Below, piece by piece: positions 45,014 through 49,204 of a stretch of DNA of 49,204 nucleotides. The notes under the pieces are model-generated. The model saw only the letters and a list, made by a program, of their open reading frames with translations, was not told the origin of the DNA and did not search any database. The DNA is from Polyangia bacterium (lineage in GTDB: Bacteria > Myxococcota_A > Polyangia > JAAYKL01), in the NCBI GenBank assembly GCA_050287845.1, contig JBNKCR010000004.1:1-49204 (forward strand), read 5' to 3'. Both the position numbers and the translations under genes were made by a program. The stretch's first letter is position 1. Each line of letters opens with the position of its first letter.

Positions 45014-45045
45014 AAACTGCAATCAAACGTTTAATGGTGAATTCA

Positions 45046-45918
45046 ATGAAAAAAACTACATGCATTTTTCAAATTAAATTTCCAGTACTTCTTCTTTTGC
45101 TTTTTGGGGCATTGGCGGCATGCAATAAAAAGGAGCCGACCGTTGGAAGCCTGGATGGTGAACCAGTTACTGTTAGAGAGTTTGAGGCGTATCTTGCGCT
45201 GAAGCGCCGCCCTACTGATGATGAGACCAAGGTAATTGAAAGCAGGGACGCGTATTTGGAACGGGGGGCTCTTTCCAGGGCCATAGAAAAGAGGAATTTT
45301 CTTGATGCGGACCAGATGAAGGTTGAAATCGAAGAATTCAAGAAGGAGATGTTGATTGGTCGCTATTTTGAAAAGTATCTCAAGGAAACGGTCACTGATC
45401 AGGCTGTATCGAACTACTACAAAATGCATTCGGATGAGTATCAGTTGAATAAGGTGCATGCGGCTCATGTGTTGGTTCGAACAGATAAAAAAATGACGCC
45501 AGATGAGCTGCAGACTAAACGCGCTCGAATTCAGGAAGCATATCAACGATTAAAGGCGGGGGAAAAATTCCAGGATATTGCAAAAGAGTACTCGGAAGAC
45601 AAAATATCAGCGGTCAAAGGTGGCGATTTGGGATGGCTTGCAGGGGGGGCAATTGATAAGGGCTTTTCACAGAAAGTGTTCGCCACTAAGCCAGGAGAGA
45701 TCACGGAGCCTTTTGATTCACCCTTTGGCTATCATATTGTTACTGTACTCGACGAACCGCGTGTGAGCAAAGTCCCGCTTGAAAGAGTGTCTGGAAAAAT
45801 TCGATACAAGCTGCGTGATGAAGCGCGAAAGGCGGAAATGGATCGGTTGAAAAAGTCGGTGAAAGTAGAGACGACGGCATTCACACTCAATTCACTGAAA
45901 GCACAGGATAAAAAGTAG
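45046..45918 (+). CDS. Parvulin (PpiC-type) peptidyl-prolyl cis-trans isomerase lipoprotein, PrsA/SurA-like foldase
   Basis: Lipobox LLLLLFGALAA-C; helical N-domain (VTDQAVSNYY); parvulin motifs AAHVLV, FQDIAKEYSED, KGGDLGW, GEITEPFDSPFGYHIV. ATG 45046 has GGTGA upstream; ATG 45034 is an alternative start. Confidence 0.93.
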   Translation: MKKTTCIFQIKFPVLLLLLFGALAACNKKEPTVGSLDGEPVTVREFEAYLALKRRPTDDETKVIESRDAYLERGALSRAIEKRNFLDADQMKVEIEEFKKEMLIGRYFEKYLKETVTDQAVSNYYKMHSDEYQLNKVHAAHVLVRTDKKMTPDELQTKRARIQEAYQRLKAGEKFQDIAKEYSEDKISAVKGGDLGWLAGGAIDKGFSQKVFATKPGEITEPFDSPFGYHIVTVLDEPRVSKVPLERVSGKIRYKLRDEARKAEMDRLKKSVKVETTAFTLNSLKAQDKK

Positions 45919-45919
45919 C

Positions 45920-46765
45920 ATGTTTAAATGTAGTTTATGGATCATATTGGGATTATTGGCGTTCTCCTGCGGGAAAAACGCGCATGAAAAAAAGGTACAG
46001 GAAGGCGACAGTAGGGTGCTGGCAACGGTGAATGGCAGCGCCATTACTCGTTATGATTTGAATGTGGGACTGAAGTCAGGAATTGGCAAATACGTCGGAG
46101 AGAAACCTTCAAAGGATGTCAGAAGGAAAGTGCTTGAAAGCCTTGTTCAGAGTCGCTTGCTTTCAAAGGTGCAGGAAAAGAAATTGTCACAGAAGGAGTC
46201 GATCCAGCTCGATAAGTTAGTGGAGGCGTATCGGGAAAAGCTTCTCGTTCAGATGTATTTGAATAAGAGCGCCTTTTTCACAGCCGTTACCGATGAGCAG
46301 ATAGCACAGTTTTACGGGGAGCATCCCGATCAGTTTGGTGCATCCGTAAAAGTGAAATATGAACTCCTGACAACACAGAGAGAATTGGCCGTTTCAGAAC
46401 GAAATACTGTTTTGCAGCAATTGTCTGACGCAAGCAAAATTTCTGACTGGCGAACATGGGCAAAACAGGATGTCGTCAAATCTCTTTCTGTCAATTATCG
46501 TCGGGGAGTCTCCACGTCAAAGAATCTGAATAAGAAGCTTCGACAGATCGCTGCTGTACTTAAAGAGGGTGAAGTTTCGGATATTGCCATAATTGAAAAT
46601 CGAGCTTATCTGTTGCGCGCTATCTCGGTGGAGAGAACTTCACCTGAGCCTTTGATTCAGGTGAAACCACGCATTCGCGCGTTACTTGAAGCAATGCAGT
46701 TGAAAACAGCACTGGAACGAGCGGTTAAATCTGAAATGAAAACGGCGAAAATCACCTTTTTATGA
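45920..46765 (+). CDS. Degenerate parvulin-like (PrsA/SurA-type chaperone) lipoprotein, probably catalytically inactive
   Basis: Lipobox-like ILGLLAFS-C; VLATVNGSAIT, VTDEQIAQFYGEHPDQF, LKEGEVSD and PLIQVKPRIRALL match the PrsA-like scaffold, but both His motifs and GGDLG are absent. Starts 1 bp after the previous stop. Confidence 0.82.
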   Translation: MFKCSLWIILGLLAFSCGKNAHEKKVQEGDSRVLATVNGSAITRYDLNVGLKSGIGKYVGEKPSKDVRRKVLESLVQSRLLSKVQEKKLSQKESIQLDKLVEAYREKLLVQMYLNKSAFFTAVTDEQIAQFYGEHPDQFGASVKVKYELLTTQRELAVSERNTVLQQLSDASKISDWRTWAKQDVVKSLSVNYRRGVSTSKNLNKKLRQIAAVLKEGEVSDIAIIENRAYLLRAISVERTSPEPLIQVKPRIRALLEAMQLKTALERAVKSEMKTAKITFL

Positions 46766-46788
46766 AACTGTTTGCAAGGGACAATACC

Positions 46789-49204
46789 ATGAGTGGTAAA
46801 TTGAATGTAGTGTTGGCTGCCATCATTTATTGGGGGCTTTGTTTGGGCTTACTGACAATAGCCGGGTGTGAAAAAAAACCAGAAAAAAAAGAACCTCTGG
46901 CAAATAGTTACCCGCGAAAGGCGACTCTGAACAATGACGATTCAATTGTTTTATTGGCCAACAAGAGTATGGATATCACCTGGGGCGTGAAAATACGTAC
47001 TGGGGATGTTGGTGTCAATTTGAGTAGAGAAATTTATCCCGCACCAAACGCATCCTGCGTGCAGGGTACAGATTATTCTGCCTGTTACGCAAGTTCCACC
47101 AATGGTGCATTGTTTGTTGGCGGATACAGCGTACTCACTGGCGGTGCTGCCGGAGATTCAGTTTACGTTGAAGAATATGGAACTATTCCCCGACTTGCTT
47201 ATTCCAGTGAGCTGTTTGCAGACCCGGGCCATCAGATTCAAAGTTCTTTTCAGATTCCATGGGTTTATTTTCCGCTTCTTCCGCAGTTGCCACAGATGAA
47301 GTATGCAAATTCTTCTCCTGATGATGTTGGGCTCGATGATCTTCTGACCATCAACGATGGAGAAACAGTGTGTCTGGAACCTGGTGTGTATGGTTCGGTT
47401 GCAGTCAATCGTTTCGGTCAACTGTATCTTGCTGAGGATTGCGACTATCCTACCGTCCCGGGACAGGGAGACTATACATTCAGGGACATCATGACAGGCC
47501 CTGATGTAGACATCGTGTTTCCTGTTGGAAATCACAATATACGGGATATGAGAAATGATATCGGTTGTGACTTAACCTTTGCTTCAGGTGAGACTCGGTT
47601 TCGAAATTTTTTCATGCAAGCAGAAACACATCTGCTTTTGGGGCGCGGTACATATCATTTTCAAAACTTTTATGGAGCGCTCAAGTCAAAAATTTATATT
47701 GAGCAAATTTCCGGTATCACAGAAATTCGTGTGAAAAATAAATTATATTTGAAAGGGGGAAGCCAATTAAACTATCAGAAAGTGGATAGTGAAGATCTAT
47801 CAGAGGTTGCGCCTCAATCACTGGTTATTTATGTGAATGGTGAAGATGGTCCAAGCAACCTTGATGATAATGACATTATTAAGAACGTTACTGTGAATAC
47901 AACAGATATCCCCTTCATGCCGCGCGCAGTTACGCTTGGAGTATACGGTCAATATAGAGCGAATATATTGGCGAATGTTGATGATTATGGTGTTGGTGGC
48001 ACAATTGAAATGGGATCTGGTATAAACTTTTCGGGCACTGCTATTGCGAACCATATTATTATCGGCAGTTACTCGAATATATACAAATACAATGGATTAC
48101 TCGGCACCAGTGCTGTGGATCCCAGTTATTTGATTGGCGATGTAGATAATGATGGCATTGAAGACGACTATGACAATTGTGTGAATATTCCGAACCCGTT
48201 ACAGGTGGAGACCGACGGTGACATGTATGGTGATTACTGCGATAATTGTCCTTTTGTACCGAATCCACGTCAGGAACTTTCCGATGTGAATGATCCGAGC
48301 TCAGTTGGCGCTGCGTGTGCTACACCTGTTGGTGAGTATTGCGGAGACGGCATTTTGCAGACAACAAATGCGGAAGAATGTGATGATGGTATTGGGGCGA
48401 ATAGTATTAGTAACCCGTGTTCTTCATACTGTTTACGCACTCCACCGGTCATTCTCGAAAATCCTTCAGATGTTTCAGCTGAAATTGGTTCATCTGTTTC
48501 GTTCAGCGTTGAAGCTCAGGGATATGATTTAAATTTTCACTGGAAGAAGAATGGAGAAACAATCGAGGGTGCAACGAGTTCTACGATATTGATTGACGAT
48601 GTTAGTTCAGAACAGAATGGCGATGCATACAGATGTATTATTTCGAACAGTGCGGGTATTGCAGTGAGCACCGATGCTGTTTTGACGGTGTCCGAATGTG
48701 ATGAATTGTCATACGTTTCCGAATCTACGACATGCGGAGTTGGGAATTGCGCGTCAACCGGATCGACTTCGTGTGTGAACGGAGTAGTTGTTGATAGTTG
48801 TGTGGCTGGTACTCAAGCTGCCGATGATGCATCCTGCGATGGTGTAGACAATGATTGCGACGGTAAAGTGGATGAGGACTATGTGGGTCGGACAATCAGT
48901 TGCGGCACGGGAAGTTGTGCGAACACGGTGTTGACGAGGTGTGATGGAGGAGTGGAGGATGAAACGTGCACTCAGAACGCGATATCGACGGATGACACGA
49001 CATGTGACGGGATAGATGATGACTGTGATGGATCATTTGATGAGGATTATGTGGGTCGGACAATCAGTTGCGGCACGGGGAGTTGTGCGAACACGGTGTT
49101 GACGAGGTGTGATGGAGGAGTGGAGGATGAAACGTGCACTCAGAACGCGATATCGACGGATGACACGACATGTGAAGGGATAGATGATGAATGTGATGGA
49201 TCAT
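46789..49204 (+). CDS. Cys-rich modular lipoprotein, 3'-truncated (>805 aa): beta-solenoid-like head, TSP type-3 repeats, myxobacterial Cys-rich repeat, I-set-like Ig domain, MopE-like metal-binding repeats
   Basis: Hand translation of frame 1 has no stop to the window end: MSGKLNVVLAAIIYWGLCLGLLTIAG-C (Cys 46867); DVDNDGIEDDYDNCVNIPNPLQ (48139); YCGDGILQ...EECDDG (48337); PPVILENP...WKKNG...YRCIISNSAG...AVLTV (48442-48690); CDGVDNDCDGKVDED. AAGGGA precedes ATG 46789; an in-frame ATG at 46762 overlaps the upstream TGA. Confidence 0.9.
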   Translation, partial: MSGKLNVVLAAIIYWGLCLGLLTIAGCEKKPEKKEPLANSYPRKATLNNDDSIVLLANKSMDITWGVKIRTGDVGVNLSREIYPAPNASCVQGTDYSACYASSTNGALFVGGYSVLTGGAAGDSVYVEEYGTIPRLAYSSELFADPGHQIQSSFQIPWVYFPLLPQLPQMKYANSSPDDVGLDDLLTINDGETVCLEPGVYGSVAVNRFGQLYLAEDCDYPTVPGQGDYTFRDIMTGPDVDIVFPVGNHNIRDMRNDIGCDLTFASGETRFRNFFMQAETHLLLGRGTYHFQNFYGALKSKIYIEQISGITEIRVKNKLYLKGGSQLNYQKVDSEDLSEVAPQSLVIYVNGEDGPSNLDDNDIIKNVTVNTTDIPFMPRAVTLGVYGQYRANILANVDDYGVGGTIEMGSGINFSGTAIANHIIIGSYSNIYKYNGLLGTSAVDPSYLIGDVDNDGIEDDYDNCVNIPNPLQVETDGDMYGDYCDNCPFVPNPRQELSDVNDPSSVGAACATPVGEYCGDGILQTTNAEECDDGIGANSISNPCSSYCLRTPPVILENPSDVSAEIGSSVSFSVEAQGYDLNFHWKKNGETIEGATSSTILIDDVSSEQNGDAYRCIISNSAGIAVSTDAVLTVSECDELSYVSESTTCGVGNCASTGSTSCVNGVVVDSCVAGTQAADDASCDGVDNDCDGKVDEDYVGRTISCGTGSCANTVLTRCDGGVEDETCTQNAISTDDTTCDGIDDDCDGSFDEDYVGRTISCGTGSCANTVLTRCDGGVEDETCTQNAISTDDTTCEGIDDECDGS
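48871..49204 (+). repeat. Near-identical 168-bp (56-aa) tandem repeat, two copies visible, truncated by the window end; a diverged copy precedes it (~48703-48870)
   Basis: GATGAGGA(C/T)TATGTGGGTCGGACAATCAGTTGCGGCACGGG begins at 48871 and 49039; I count 4 substitutions over the 166 comparable bases. Confidence 0.95.

Larger units (their letters stand above)
33780..44760 (+). repeat. Five glycine-rich / beta-helix modules
   Basis: Shared motif chain ID(V/A/L)xGxGY...HGG...Y...P..PGxGG...GGG(V/A)(I/L/V)...GAGGSVxI...GGRVxI...GTVY, starting at 34250, 35609, 38006, 41057 and 43499. Confidence 0.85.

Noticed and set aside
32930..45010. Gly/Asp-rich repeats as RTX (T1SS) repeats
   Set aside because: The pattern is DxDGDGLxDxxE (TSP3-like), not GGxGxDxUx; no T1SS genes in the window.
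45008..45013. C-terminal Phe suggesting a BAM-inserted autotransporter barrel
   Set aside because: The preceding sequence is acidic TSP3-like repeats with no amphipathic beta-strands.
584..45013. Giant gene as NRPS/PKS, Rhs/CDI toxin or diversity-generating retroelement target
   Set aside because: I saw no A/C/KS/PCP motifs, YD repeats, filamentous haemagglutinin signature, toxin-immunity pair, reverse transcriptase or adenine-variant repeat pair.
46871..46890. Two A8 runs just after the lipobox of the last gene
   Set aside because: They encode the Lys/Glu-rich tether EKKPEKKE with the frame intact; ordinary AAA codon usage suffices.
47102..48532. Short ORF-track calls at 47102-47299, 47158-47535, 47818-48054, 48059-48268, 48270-48452 and 48290-48532
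   Set aside because: All overlap the long frame-1 lipoprotein gene starting at 46789, which carries clear domain motifs.

Overview
The window holds the 3' end of an IS200-type element (HUH Y1 transposase fragment plus right-end hairpins, 1-~390), then one tightly packed + strand operon-like unit of >48.6 kb that runs off the end. The unit contains: (1) an uninterrupted 44.4-kb gene for a ~14,800-aa (~1.6 MDa estimated), very acidic protein with a Sec-type signal peptide. It is built from ~21 tandem bacterial Ig domains, seven [beta-propeller - Big_5-like Ig - IPT - IPT] super-repeats, more Ig/propeller units, and five C-terminal glycine-rich/beta-helix modules punctuated by Ca-binding TSP3-like repeat clusters. 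No C-terminal secretion or anchor signal is recognisable. (2) An intact parvulin (PpiC/PrsA-type) PPIase lipoprotein. (3) A catalytically degenerate, basic parvulin-like lipoprotein. (4) A Cys-rich modular lipoprotein (>805 aa, missing from the ORF track because it has no stop in the window) with beta-solenoid, TSP3, myxobacterial Cys-rich, I-set Ig and MopE-like repeats. The best candidate for an undescribed system is this giant surface protein with its apparently dedicated active/inactive foldase pair and partner lipoprotein. The repeat types suggest a Myxococcota/deltaproteobacterial host (inference). All domain names were recognised by eye from motifs, not by HMM search, and internal domain boundaries are approximate.
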